Shown here piece after piece: positions 16,074 through 27,000 of a DNA stretch of 64,000 nt. Source of the DNA: a virus. Lineage: Duplodnaviria > Caudoviricetes. Made by a program: the position numbers and the translations under genes. Numbering within the stretch: position 1 is the stretch's first letter; every line of letters begins with the position of its first letter. Under the pieces are notes generated by a model. That model saw nothing but the letters and a program-made list of their open reading frames with translations. It was not told the origin of the DNA and did not search any database. The stretch spans positions 1,082-65,081 of the IMG/VR virus record IMGVR_UViG_3300027833_002080; one strand, 5' to 3'.

Positions 16074-18116
16074 GTGACTGAACAGAATCCGATAGAGTTA
16101 ATAAGGCAAGCTATAGCAGGAGAGTTACAAACTACTGTTACTGAAGCGTTGCAACAAACAGAGCAAGTAGAACAGGGGGAGCCTTCTGCTCAATCTGAAG
16201 CACCTCAAGCGCCTCAGCCTGGACCAGTTATGCCTACTCGTTCTCCATCAATGCCTTCAATGCCTACTCAAAAATCTTCACTTGTAAATTCTTTTGAATC
16301 TACTCCTACAGGGTTAAATCCTACGGGTGGTAGATCTGATGGACCTTTATCTACGTATAAACATGGAGGTGAGCACAAAAAAACAAAAGAAAAGGTTAAA
16401 AGAGATGATTCAATTAATCTTAATCTTGTACAAAGAGAAGACAAATATATTAAAGATAAATTAGATGCTGGAGAGTGGGATCCTATAGGATCAACAGCTA
16501 AAGGAGTAGTAAATGCAGCAAAAGCTGCAGGTACTTTAGATAATATGAAAAACTGGTTGATAAATAAAGTATCGCCAGGTCCGTATCCTACAGGTCCTCA
16601 AGCTGTTTCTCATGTATATAAATCTATTAAAGATCCTCAAGGCTTACAATATGTTGATAGACCTGCAAATAGACCTGTAGATCCTAATGCTTTTCAAATG
16701 CCGTTAAACCCTAACGATCCTTTGTATAATCAAAAAGCTAATCCAGAGTTATACAACTTACCAGATAAGCAAAACCCAGATAAAGTTTTAAGATCTGACT
16801 ACAGAATGTATAATCAATTTTTAGGTACTGGTTATGATGATGATTTACCTGAATCTAAATTTAAACCATCTAAGTCTAAAGACCCTAACTCTAAATACTA
16901 TTCAGCTGCGCAGTACTACGGGGACCCGCAAACTTTGTTAGATCGAATGGTAAGATCTAGAGGACAAAACGATCCTGAAGGATCTTCTTATCTACCATGG
17001 GAAGAATCTGAGCTAGATAATTTAAAATCTGAAAAAGGTACATGGAGTAGAGGTATGGGGGTAAATTCTTTACCATTTAGTGATGACCCTGGAACCACAG
17101 ATACTTTCCATCCAATGGAAAATTGGAAAATGGGTGCTGGAGAAGATGAGCACGGGAAATATATGAGTATTTATGATAAATATGATTTTAAGTCCGAAAA
17201 ATTAAATTCTCTTGGAGAACCTTTTGAGATATACGATCGTATTCATTATACAACAGATAAAGACGGTAACCGTAAATACAAAGAGGTGAAACGTAACGGA
17301 GGGTTAAAATATGAAGAAGGTGGATTAAAATATGATGAAGGAGGACCTAAGAAAAAACTAAAGAAAGGTACTAACGTTAAGCAGCTTCAAAACTTTTTAA
17401 TTAAAAAGGGGTATGACTTAGGGGCGGGAGAAGGCAAGGCTATTACAAAAGGGTTAGGAAGCTTTGGACCTAAAACTAGAGCTGCTTTAGCAGAATATCA
17501 AAAAGCTAATTCAAGTACAGCTAGAGCTGAAGTAATTAGTAGCAACGCTATAGTGCCTACTCCAATAAGAGAAATGTTAAAATCTGTATTTATGCCAGAC
17601 TGGATGTATAAAATGCAAGGTACTATGACTCAAGATGATTTTACAGGAAGGCAAGTGAGTAAATTAAAAGAGCTTACAAACACAGCTTTAAAAAATAAAA
17701 AGACGGGGCTCAGTTATGAGGCTAACAGTAAACAAGATGCATACGACGAGCATGGAACGTCTGATCTAGGAAATACTGCGAGTGCACTAGATGTAGCTAA
17801 AACACTGTATAGTCCTGCATACAATTTAAAAACCACTTTAGGTAATGCAAATATTATAGAAACTCCTGAATACTATGATGACGAAGGTAATGTAGTACCA
17901 TCACAAAGATTTGTTAATGATGTGTATGATTTTAATAATTCTTCTAAAGCTCAAAGTAAAGACGTAAGCCATTTAGATAGGTGGAAAGACATCTGGAATT
18001 CTAAAAGCCTTTATACTGGAGCTAGAAAATTTGCTAAACATTATGCTAACCCTGATGGGAGGGATGTAATGATTAAAGTCCAAGAAGAAGGTGGGCTTAG
18101 GAAGAAAAAGAAGTAA
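16074..18116 (+). CDS. Multimodular putative virion protein with peptidoglycan-binding domain and xxGG motifs
   Basis: PG_binding_1-like KKGTNVKQLQNFL...FGPKTRAALAEYQK; motifs YKHGG, RNGG, YEEGG, YDEGG, QEEGG. Confidence 0.7.
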   Translation: MTEQNPIELIRQAIAGELQTTVTEALQQTEQVEQGEPSAQSEAPQAPQPGPVMPTRSPSMPSMPTQKSSLVNSFESTPTGLNPTGGRSDGPLSTYKHGGEHKKTKEKVKRDDSINLNLVQREDKYIKDKLDAGEWDPIGSTAKGVVNAAKAAGTLDNMKNWLINKVSPGPYPTGPQAVSHVYKSIKDPQGLQYVDRPANRPVDPNAFQMPLNPNDPLYNQKANPELYNLPDKQNPDKVLRSDYRMYNQFLGTGYDDDLPESKFKPSKSKDPNSKYYSAAQYYGDPQTLLDRMVRSRGQNDPEGSSYLPWEESELDNLKSEKGTWSRGMGVNSLPFSDDPGTTDTFHPMENWKMGAGEDEHGKYMSIYDKYDFKSEKLNSLGEPFEIYDRIHYTTDKDGNRKYKEVKRNGGLKYEEGGLKYDEGGPKKKLKKGTNVKQLQNFLIKKGYDLGAGEGKAITKGLGSFGPKTRAALAEYQKANSSTARAEVISSNAIVPTPIREMLKSVFMPDWMYKMQGTMTQDDFTGRQVSKLKELTNTALKNKKTGLSYEANSKQDAYDEHGTSDLGNTASALDVAKTLYSPAYNLKTTLGNANIIETPEYYDDEGNVVPSQRFVNDVYDFNNSSKAQSKDVSHLDRWKDIWNSKSLYTGARKFAKHYANPDGRDVMIKVQEEGGLRKKKK

Positions 18117-18209
18117 AGTGTTATATAATAATAACACTTAAGAAAACTAACTAATATGTAAAAGTATTAATTATATTATTTATTTTTGTTAACATAAAAA
18201 CCAACCAAT

Positions 18210-19313
18210 ATGAATGAAGAACACGATGAAATCGCGTTAGACGACATCACTATAGACGATGTAGTTGGAGGGGATACCCTAGACGAGATTACAGACGGCT
18301 TAGATTTGCCGGACGCAGACGAAGCTCCAGAAGAAGAGCTTTTAGAAGAAGATAATTCTCTTGAAGACATTGAACCAGATTCTGAAGAAGACGAAGGTGA
18401 TGACGAAGAAGAATACGAAGAAGATGAAAACCAAGAAAATGAAGAAGACGACGAAGATGACGAAAGTGAAGAATCTACTGTAGTCTCTGAAGTTTTAGAA
18501 AAACTTGGATATGAGCTTGAAGAAGAGTATGAGGATACTCCAGAAGGCTTAACAAAAATGACAAAAGCAGTAGCATCTAAAATGGCTGATGATCAGTTAG
18601 ATGAAGTGCTACAAAATTTTCCTCTTGTTAAACAACATTTAGAATATGTATTACAGGGGGGAGAGTCACAAAAATTTATGTCAGCGCACGATCCGAGAGC
18701 GGACTACGCTACATTTGAATTAAATGAAAATGACTCTGCATCGCAAAAAGCAATTTTAGCCAATTATTTTGAGCTAAAAGGGCATGATAAAGAGTTTACA
18801 AATGAGTTATTAGAAGACTATGAGGATTCTGGTAAATTGTTTAAAAAGGCTGCTGCAGCTAAGGAAGCTTTAGGAAAGTACCAAGCAACAGAGCGTGAAA
18901 AAATGTTTGAAACGCAAAAAGAAGAACAACAAAAAGTTTTTCAAGAACAAAAGCAATTTTGGGATGGCATTTCAGACACTATAAATGAAGCACAAGAATT
19001 TGCAGGGGTATCAATTCCTGAAAAAGAGAAAGGAAAGTTTTTTAACTATATTTCTCAACCTGTAAATAACGAAGGGCTTACACAGAGAGATCTCGATCAT
19101 AAAGATGCGGAGATGGACGTTAAATTAGCTATTGACTATTTGATGTACAAAGGGTTTAACTTAGACGAAATGATAAATCGTAAAGCGACAACTAAAAGTG
19201 CTCAAACTTTAAGAAGTAAAATTTCTTCAAGACAAGATTCAGTTAAGAATGCTAACAGAGCAAAACGACGTTCTAAATCTATAAACGTAGACGATTTAGA
19301 TCTTTCATTTTAA
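18210..19313 (+). CDS. Acidic capsid scaffold-like protein
   Basis: Very D/E-rich N-terminus; directly upstream of the major capsid gene as in crAss-like phages. Confidence 0.75.
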   Translation: MNEEHDEIALDDITIDDVVGGDTLDEITDGLDLPDADEAPEEELLEEDNSLEDIEPDSEEDEGDDEEEYEEDENQENEEDDEDDESEESTVVSEVLEKLGYELEEEYEDTPEGLTKMTKAVASKMADDQLDEVLQNFPLVKQHLEYVLQGGESQKFMSAHDPRADYATFELNENDSASQKAILANYFELKGHDKEFTNELLEDYEDSGKLFKKAAAAKEALGKYQATEREKMFETQKEEQQKVFQEQKQFWDGISDTINEAQEFAGVSIPEKEKGKFFNYISQPVNNEGLTQRDLDHKDAEMDVKLAIDYLMYKGFNLDEMINRKATTKSAQTLRSKISSRQDSVKNANRAKRRSKSINVDDLDLSF

Positions 19314-19353
19314 AAACGGCAATATTTAAACTTTGCATATAAATTAATTGAAA

Positions 19354-20790
19354 ATGGCAGTAAACGGAAACAACATTCATGTAAGGAAATCTTACTATAA
19401 TGATTCACAAATGACTGATATGAACAGTCTTGCGAATGCTATGTTGTCTAAGCCAACTGAATTGTCACCGATAATCACTCACCTAGCTGGTAAAGAAGAT
19501 AAGCGTTTTCCGCTTTCATTTTTAACTGAAGGTGTTGGAAATGTTAAATCTATTGATAGATTAGAATATGAGTATCGGATTAAGACTCACAGGTTGACTA
19601 CTAGACCCCTAGCAAAAGCACACACCGCACTAGGTGATGGTAACACATTTTATCTTGAATTCCACGATAAGTGGTTTATTAAAGATTACGTATTAGTAAA
19701 CGCTTATGGCGAGCAAGTACGTATTATGGCAGAACCAGAAGCAGTCGGAGCAAATTACAGATATTTAGTACAAATGATTAACCCAGACGCTACAGCTAAT
19801 ATTACAGCTGGAGACGAAGGTGATCTTTGGGCTCAAATGTATGCACCAGTAGGAGTTGATTTCTCTCGTGGAAACGCATCTAACTGGGAAGTTCCTGGTA
19901 AAGTACGTAACAAGATTGGTACTATTCGTAAATCATACCACATGTCTGGTAATGCTAAAGATTTTGTAGCTGAATTTACACTTCCTAAAAGAGGTGGCGG
20001 TTCTACAAAGCTTTGGATGGATTACGAAGAATACACTCACATGCTTAACTTCAAAGAAGAGTGTGAAATGTATTACTGGTACGGTCAAAAGACTTACGAT
20101 TCTTCAGGAAAGTCTACTATGAAAGATGAAAATGGACAACCAGTTCTTGTTGGTCCAGGTCTTTTAGAGCAGGTTATTAATAAGGATACTTACTCTACTT
20201 TAACAGAGAGTAAAATTAAAAATATCATTGGTGACTTATTCTACGGAATGACAGACGCTAATGCTAAGCAAGTTACTTTGTACACAGGTACTGGTGGAGC
20301 TCGTGAATTTGACGAAGCTCTTAAAGGTCACATGGGTGCTGATAGTAACTCTTGGAAAGTTGGTGGTGAAAACCGCTTTATTACAGGTTCAGGTCGTAGC
20401 TTAGGTGTTACTGGTTACTTTACTTCGTATGATCACGTAGATGGTCACTCAGTAAAAGTAGTTAAACTACCTATGTTTGATCATGGTCCTGTTGCTGATG
20501 CTCGTGCTAAGCACCCTGTTACAGGATACTCTCTTGAATCATACCGTATGGTATTTGTTGATCAGTCTAACTATGACGGTCAAGCAAACGTACAGATGAT
20601 CTCTAAGAAAGGTCGTGAAATGATGAGATGGTGTGTTGCCGGTTCAGTTGTACCTCGTGGGTTTGATTCTGGTTCTGCTAGAGCTTCCGACGTGGATGGT
20701 GCTTCTGTGCACATGTTAAAGACTGCAGGTATCGTTCTTAAACGATTCGACACCTCTCTTGACATTGAATGTACAGCTGCATCACTATAA
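19354..20790 (+). CDS. Major capsid protein
   Basis: About 478 aa; GPGLLEQ, LYTGTGGAREFD, LPMFD motifs typical of crAss-like MCP; strong downstream terminator. ATG at 19354. Confidence 0.92.
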   Translation: MAVNGNNIHVRKSYYNDSQMTDMNSLANAMLSKPTELSPIITHLAGKEDKRFPLSFLTEGVGNVKSIDRLEYEYRIKTHRLTTRPLAKAHTALGDGNTFYLEFHDKWFIKDYVLVNAYGEQVRIMAEPEAVGANYRYLVQMINPDATANITAGDEGDLWAQMYAPVGVDFSRGNASNWEVPGKVRNKIGTIRKSYHMSGNAKDFVAEFTLPKRGGGSTKLWMDYEEYTHMLNFKEECEMYYWYGQKTYDSSGKSTMKDENGQPVLVGPGLLEQVINKDTYSTLTESKIKNIIGDLFYGMTDANAKQVTLYTGTGGAREFDEALKGHMGADSNSWKVGGENRFITGSGRSLGVTGYFTSYDHVDGHSVKVVKLPMFDHGPVADARAKHPVTGYSLESYRMVFVDQSNYDGQANVQMISKKGREMMRWCVAGSVVPRGFDSGSARASDVDGASVHMLKTAGIVLKRFDTSLDIECTAASL

Positions 20791-20835
20791 GAAGGCGTTA
20801 ATCGCGTGTCTATATATTGGTTTTTTGGTTGAGTT

Positions 20836-20868
20836 GTGGGGGAGAAATCCCCCACTTCTTTAACTTTT
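20836..20868 (+). terminator. Intrinsic terminator after MCP
   Basis: GTGGGGGA-GAAA-TCCCCCAC followed by a T-rich tail. Confidence 0.85.
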
Positions 20869-20920
20869 AAATAGAGGGAATTATTCTTTATACCTCACCT
20901 AACTAATAAAGAACTTACAT

Positions 20921-21724
20921 ATGAGCAAAAAAATTTTTATAAGACGTAAGGAGATTAACAATCACTTACCAAAAGAGGTACTAGCAGAGGCTGTATCTAA
21001 ATTGAGTAGTGTCTATGTAAACAGACAGCCTTTAAAAGGGTTATCTGTAGAAGACGAAAAAAAATATCTTAACGGTATTTTAGATGTAGGCCCAGAACAT
21101 GTTGATTGGCCAAAACACATTAAAAGATATTGGGCAGAAATGAGTATTCCTATAAGCTTTACAGGAGTTGAATTAGAAGTAGGAACCCATTCAGATGGAT
21201 CTCCTATAAACATAATAGATTGGATTAAATACCAATTTGCTTTAAAGCACCCATTTGTAGCTTTATCAAAAGAAGAAATGGTTGGTAGAAAAAAATTCTT
21301 TATTCTTGATACGTCAAGAGCAGAGCAAGCTAAATTTAATTCTATTCAATTAAAGAAAGATGCAGACAGAGAGTTTATTAAATTGTCTTCAGATGTTAAA
21401 GGAATGCGTAGAGTGTTACGATTAATTTCGTCCCACAATCCGGATAGAATGACAGATGAGCAAGTTGAAACAGCTCTTTATACTGTTAAAGATAAAGAAC
21501 CTAAAAAGTTTATAAAAACAACTACTGATAAAAACTTAGAAATAAAAGCAGAAATTGATGAAATGGTGTCTGCAGGAGTTTTAAGAAAAATTGGTAATCA
21601 AATTATTTTTATAGACGAAATACTAGGTGAAACAATGGATGATACTGTGATCTATTTGAAAAACAAAAAGAACTCAGGCAAGCTAACAACTTTGAGAGCA
21701 AAACTTAAAGAAGTAGCAATTTAA
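20921..21724 (+). CDS. Conserved crAss-like protein downstream of MCP
   Basis: 267 aa; PINIIDWIKYQFALKHP; position typical of the crAss-like head module. Confidence 0.7.
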   Translation: MSKKIFIRRKEINNHLPKEVLAEAVSKLSSVYVNRQPLKGLSVEDEKKYLNGILDVGPEHVDWPKHIKRYWAEMSIPISFTGVELEVGTHSDGSPINIIDWIKYQFALKHPFVALSKEEMVGRKKFFILDTSRAEQAKFNSIQLKKDADREFIKLSSDVKGMRRVLRLISSHNPDRMTDEQVETALYTVKDKEPKKFIKTTTDKNLEIKAEIDEMVSAGVLRKIGNQIIFIDEILGETMDDTVIYLKNKKNSGKLTTLRAKLKEVAI

Positions 21725-21744
21725 TGTAATGGAATAATATACTA

Positions 21745-22488
21745 ATGAATATTACGGAAATGCATTTGGCGGTTCAGCAAGGAGTGGATAAGATTAATTC
21801 ATTCCAAGCTGACACGCTTTTACCTCAAGAAATTGATTTAGAGCTTAACAAAGCAATAAATAAATTTGTAAATTTAAAGTACGGTAAAAATAATCTTTAC
21901 GGTAAAGGCTTTGAAGAGTCTCAAAAACGTATAGATGATTTACGGACTTTATTAAAAACAGAACATATAAATGCAGCTTTTGATACTAAAAGTATTCACT
22001 CTACTTTTGTATATGTTACAGATAAGTTACCTGAAGATTACAGGTATTATATACAATCTTTTGGAGAGGTTGAATATAGAAGAGATGGATCCCCACTAAC
22101 TAGTGAAGAACAAAATCTTCAAGATTCTATTGAAAACGGTATACGCGAGTTAGCTCAATTAAAGTTTGCGCAGCTTGACGATATAACTACTTTATTAGCT
22201 GATCCATTTCATACCACAAAACGTACGCGCCCTTTATTTACAATAGAAGATGATGTGATGAAAATCTTCACTAATGATATATTTATAATAGAGGAGCTAA
22301 AATTAACTTACTTAAAAAACCCTGCTAAAGTTTCATTATCTTTGGATGATGTTACAAATTCTGTAAGTTGTGAGCTCGCAGAGCACACGCATCAGGAGAT
22401 AGTTGACATGACAATTAATAGCATCTTGGAAGGTATTTCGGATCCAAGATACAAAACTCAATCTATTGAGTTAGGTAAAAACGAATAA
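21745..22488 (+). CDS. Head-tail connector / tail ring protein
   Basis: GFEESQKRIDDLRTL, LTYLKNPAKV, CELAEHTHQEIVDM motifs of crAss-like ring proteins. Confidence 0.8.
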   Translation: MNITEMHLAVQQGVDKINSFQADTLLPQEIDLELNKAINKFVNLKYGKNNLYGKGFEESQKRIDDLRTLLKTEHINAAFDTKSIHSTFVYVTDKLPEDYRYYIQSFGEVEYRRDGSPLTSEEQNLQDSIENGIRELAQLKFAQLDDITTLLADPFHTTKRTRPLFTIEDDVMKIFTNDIFIIEELKLTYLKNPAKVSLSLDDVTNSVSCELAEHTHQEIVDMTINSILEGISDPRYKTQSIELGKNE

Positions 22489-22525
22489 TATTAAAATAAA
22501 TTATAAATATTAAATTTGTTAAATT

Positions 22526-23461
22526 ATGAAACAAATTATTGTAAGTAACATTGGGGCAACAGCAAAAAATGGAGCAGGTGCCCCTCAAGTACAAGTTTTA
22601 GGCGCTGATGGTGCTTGGGCTTTATGGGCGGCAGCCTCAACAGATGTAAATGCAAAATTTAGAATTTTTAAAGCGGCTGATGGGGATTTACCTTCAGTAG
22701 CTAGTCCTGCTTTTACAAAAGCTGATTTAAAAAGCTGTATAGTAAAAGTGCACGCACCTTCAAGTGCACAAGTTAACACTGTAACTTTTACAGAAGCTTC
22801 TGGTGCTGGTGTAGCAGATGGATTAGATTTAACTTTTAGAATCATTGAAACTTCGGATGGTTATGAACCATTCCCACGAGTTCACTCAACTGTTAAATGT
22901 GGAGCTGATGCTTCCGCAACTGCAGCTTTAATTAGAGCAGACTTGGCAGCTAAGATAGCTAAATCTGGAAGTGTAGCTTCTAAGATTTTTGCAGTTAGTG
23001 GTAGTGGAGCTGAAGTTATTCTTACAGGTGTAGATGTTAATAAAAGATTTGAAGTAGCTTTAGAATCTCCGGAAGCATCTGGAGTTACTTGTTACACTGC
23101 GGCAAATGTAAAAACTGCTGCTGCTGCTGGTGTTGGAGTTGGCGCTGAACTTAGAGAAGAGGAAATATTACAGCAAGGTCGTGAATACTCTGGGTATGAC
23201 CGATTAGTTGTATTTGATTCTTTCCCAAATCAAATTGCTGCAGTATCAGGTCAAACGTATAACTTAGTTTCTTTTGTTGTTCAAAACTCTGCTTTAAATC
23301 AAATTAGAGGAGTTGATAACATGCGTGAAATTATGGTATATCTTGAAGAGGATGCAACTGGCGATGTTTACGATCTTAAATCTGGTACAGGTAGTACTGG
23401 ATTTGGTCGTGCAATCTTTGGTGAAGGCTTTGTAGGAGCTGCTATCAATATTGATGCATAA
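22526..23461 (+). CDS. Putative auxiliary capsid / structural protein
   Basis: Ala/Gly-rich 311 aa with GVGVGAELREEE; TAAATTTG at 22511 upstream and a terminator downstream. Confidence 0.6.
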   Translation: MKQIIVSNIGATAKNGAGAPQVQVLGADGAWALWAAASTDVNAKFRIFKAADGDLPSVASPAFTKADLKSCIVKVHAPSSAQVNTVTFTEASGAGVADGLDLTFRIIETSDGYEPFPRVHSTVKCGADASATAALIRADLAAKIAKSGSVASKIFAVSGSGAEVILTGVDVNKRFEVALESPEASGVTCYTAANVKTAAAAGVGVGAELREEEILQQGREYSGYDRLVVFDSFPNQIAAVSGQTYNLVSFVVQNSALNQIRGVDNMREIMVYLEEDATGDVYDLKSGTGSTGFGRAIFGEGFVGAAINIDA

Positions 23462-23472
23462 TCATTAATATT

Positions 23473-23507
23473 AATTATAAGGGGACAGGTTCCCCTTATA
23501 ATTTTTT
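23473..23507 (+). terminator. Intrinsic terminator (13-bp stem)
   Basis: AATTATAAGGGGA-caggt-TCCCCTTATAATT-TTTT. Confidence 0.85.
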
Positions 23508-23531
23508 AACTTTAAATTTAAATTCAAATTC

Positions 23532-24026
23532 ATGGCTGTTTTATTAAAAACTTCATTTACCGGGGATTGTCAAACTTTGTTTGTTAATTTAGAAGGTAGA
23601 GAATTAGCAACTACATACACAGTGTTTTTAAAACACGTAGGGTCTGATGGAGTAGCTTCAGAAGGTACTATACCTCCTGCTATGAATTCGTTTGCATTTA
23701 CAAATATTTCTGCTGGAGGTTTATATCAGATAGAGGTAAAAGATCCGAATAATACGGTTCAAGCTATGAATTTTATCGTATCCACATGTGGAATTGATAA
23801 ATGTTTAGTCTTATTAACAGATAAGTTATTAAGTTGCGGGTGTACAAGTCCCGCGTGCTCTGCTATCCTTAACAAAGCGCAAAAAATAATGTTACTAATA
23901 AAATCAGCGGAGTCCACAGCCTCTAGAATACTGCGACAGGAAGATTTAGTATTAGTGCAAGATGCACAATCACAATATCGAAAAGCTGTTCAAATGTGTG
24001 ATGGTGACTGCGACTGCGGATGCTAA
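23532..24026 (+). CDS. Putative fibre-attachment/hub protein with Cys-rich C-terminus
   Basis: Beta-rich N-half, helical C-half with CGC...C and terminal CDGDCDCGC; precedes the giant fibre gene. Confidence 0.5.
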   Translation: MAVLLKTSFTGDCQTLFVNLEGRELATTYTVFLKHVGSDGVASEGTIPPAMNSFAFTNISAGGLYQIEVKDPNNTVQAMNFIVSTCGIDKCLVLLTDKLLSCGCTSPACSAILNKAQKIMLLIKSAESTASRILRQEDLVLVQDAQSQYRKAVQMCDGDCDCGC

Positions 24027-24037
24027 TGTATATATAA

Positions 24038-27000
24038 ATGGCTGCAGAACAACAAATTCTACGTAATCAATTTAATTTAAAAAGTAATACAATAGAACTA
24101 CTAAATGGGTCTAAACCATTAGAAGTAGGTAAAGCGTATGCTTTAATTTTACCTTTTAAAACCGATAGCGGAGAGCTTTACAGACAAAAGGATTTTACAA
24201 TTCCTAATACTGAAAAAGAAGATGCGTCTCGAGTTCTTAGATTTGTTGACTTTGTACCTTTTATTAAATATTGTACGTTTGCAGTTCAAGCTATTAGAAA
24301 CGTAAAAGGCACTAATCAATACATTGGAAGCCTTTATTTACGTCAAGCAGATTATGCAACTCAACAAGAAATATCAAGATACACAGAGGCTTTAAAGCAT
24401 TGGACTAGAGGAATAATCGATGTAGTTGACAGAGATGGTAACGACATTGAAACATTACCTATTCTTACAACATTAGCTGAATTAACTAAAATTAAATCTA
24501 TTGGTAAAGATTCTTGTATTAATAGTTTTGATAATGGGTTTACCACTAAAGAAGGATTTACAGGAAGTTGTATTAGTTTTAATGACCCTCTTATAGTAAG
24601 AAAATGTACAGATCCAGCAGCTTTAAATTATAATACTGTAAAACTTATACCAGGTGAAACTGATGATTGCGCGTATGAACCGGGATCTAAAGCTCATGAT
24701 GACGCTACTACTGTCAACATTGCTGGTGGTATATACCATTTGTTGTTAGCTAATACAGGTGTTTATGGGCAATATGAGTTTTGGGTAATCCATGGAAGTA
24801 TGTCAAGTCCTATCACAGATTTATCTTGGGATACAAACTTAAGCGGATCTTTCACTGAAACTCACGCAGGAATAAATGGCCCTACAGTAACGTATGGCCC
24901 TGGAACGCACACTATTTCTGTTATAGTATCCCTAGGTGACAGTCCTTCTGGGTGGGATTTCATTAACAATGAAGTTCAGCTAACTATAGATCTTGTTGTT
25001 GAAGCTAATGTGGCAGGATGTACAGATTTTAATGCATTTAATTATAATCCGAACGCTACTTCTGATGACGGGTCTTGTGAGGCTGTTCTTCGAGGGTGTA
25101 TGGATAATGGATCTTATTCTACTACTACAACGTTAGTAAATAACCAAGGAAATAATAACACTTCTTTTACTATTACTTCTCCTGTTCCAGGAACGGCAGC
25201 AACTAATTACAATTCTAACGTTAATGTTCATGATTGGAGGTCGTGTGAGTATACAGGTTGTACTGACCCTGAAGCAGATAACACTTTAGTAAACAATCCT
25301 TTAATAGTAGCAACAAATGTAACTCCGTGCACAGATAATTGCTGTGAATATACTGAAGATGTAAACGGATGTACTGATCCAGGAACTTTAGCTGCATCTA
25401 CATACAACCCAAGTTCAGTGTATTCAACGTATGTAACTCCCGAAGCAAATATCGCAGATGTAAATCCAGCGTATAGTAATTTTAATTACAACCCTTATGC
25501 TACTGTAGACGATGGTACTTGTTTTGCAAAAAAACCGGGATGCATGGACCCTGAAGCATCAAATTATAGTGTGCCAATTGGTAATCCTCAATTTGATGTA
25601 AATTGGCATTTACAAAGTCTTTGTCAATATGAATATTGTGCTGATGTAAACGCAAATAATGATGTACAAAGTGCAGATCATGATGTTTATACAATGTCGT
25701 GGACTCAAGGTAATTTTTGGGATGAATCTTTAGCTACTGCAAACGGGTTGACAATAACTCCGACACATGATAGTTATTTAGACAACAACTCGTTGTGTAC
25801 TTTTGATGTAGATGTTTTAGATATATGTAATATAAATTCTGAATTTGACGACTACGGTAATAATATTGATGCTGGTGTAATAGGGTATGCTAATACTGCT
25901 ACTGCTGGAGAATTAGCTACAACTACTAGTGGAGATGCATGTTTAGGTCAATTAACTGAAACTGCAAGTACAACTGTTAATGGTTTTACTTACAATACTC
26001 CAACTGCAGAAAAAGTTACTTTACAAGTTATTGATCAAGATAATCCTGTTTTATTTTTAACAGATCCTGAAAAATATGGAACGCTTGTTTACACTTACAC
26101 TGGTAGTACAGGCGGAGGAGCAAATATTACTTTACCTAATATTGACGAGTCATCTGCTACCACGTTAGCTGGGCAATTATCAGCTGCTGGATATAATAGC
26201 GATTTAGATCCTTCAGTGTATTTTTATTTTAGAATTGTAGATACTGTTGAGAATTCTAATACAGGGCTTACATTAAACCCTGCAATTGATGAGCCTGTAA
26301 AGCATCAATTTAATAATGCAGAAATAGTAGAAGTAAGATATTCTGATGGAGCTTATTACTACTTACCTTCAACAGCTCCTGGAACTGTATCAACATTTCA
26401 AGCAGGATCTGCTAACACTACAATACCTACAGGTTACGCTCCTGGAACTATCAATGGTTTAGTTTTAAGTAGTACGGCTACTAATGCAGGTGGAGGAGTA
26501 GATTGTAATCATGCTACAATAGATGAAGGTACTGCTGCAGGTCAGTACATGTATACAGTGTACAGAATTAAAATGACCGCTCCTTGTAGCTTAAATGCTA
26601 TAAACTTTTTAATTGGGTATGACGCTGAAGCAGCATATCCTAATTTAAATATTCTTGCTGACCCAGCATTTAACGGGGAGACGCTTGGTTGTACAGATCC
26701 GATAGCCGATAATTATGATGAAGACGCAACTTATAGTGTTTCAGTCCCAATGAATAATTGGTCTAATTACCTTGCTAATGGAGGATGTTTCATAACAGGA
26801 TGTATCGATGAGTACTACAGCGGTAATTTAGATAATAATATTGTTGTTAGTGCAAATACACTTTCAGGTACTGATATACCAGTGCAAGTTGGACAATATT
26901 TAGAAGAATATGATGGCGTTATTTATAAAATTTATAATAGTCAAGCTTACATATGTCAATTAAATGATTATTTAATTGCTAACAGTGATCCACTATTTGA

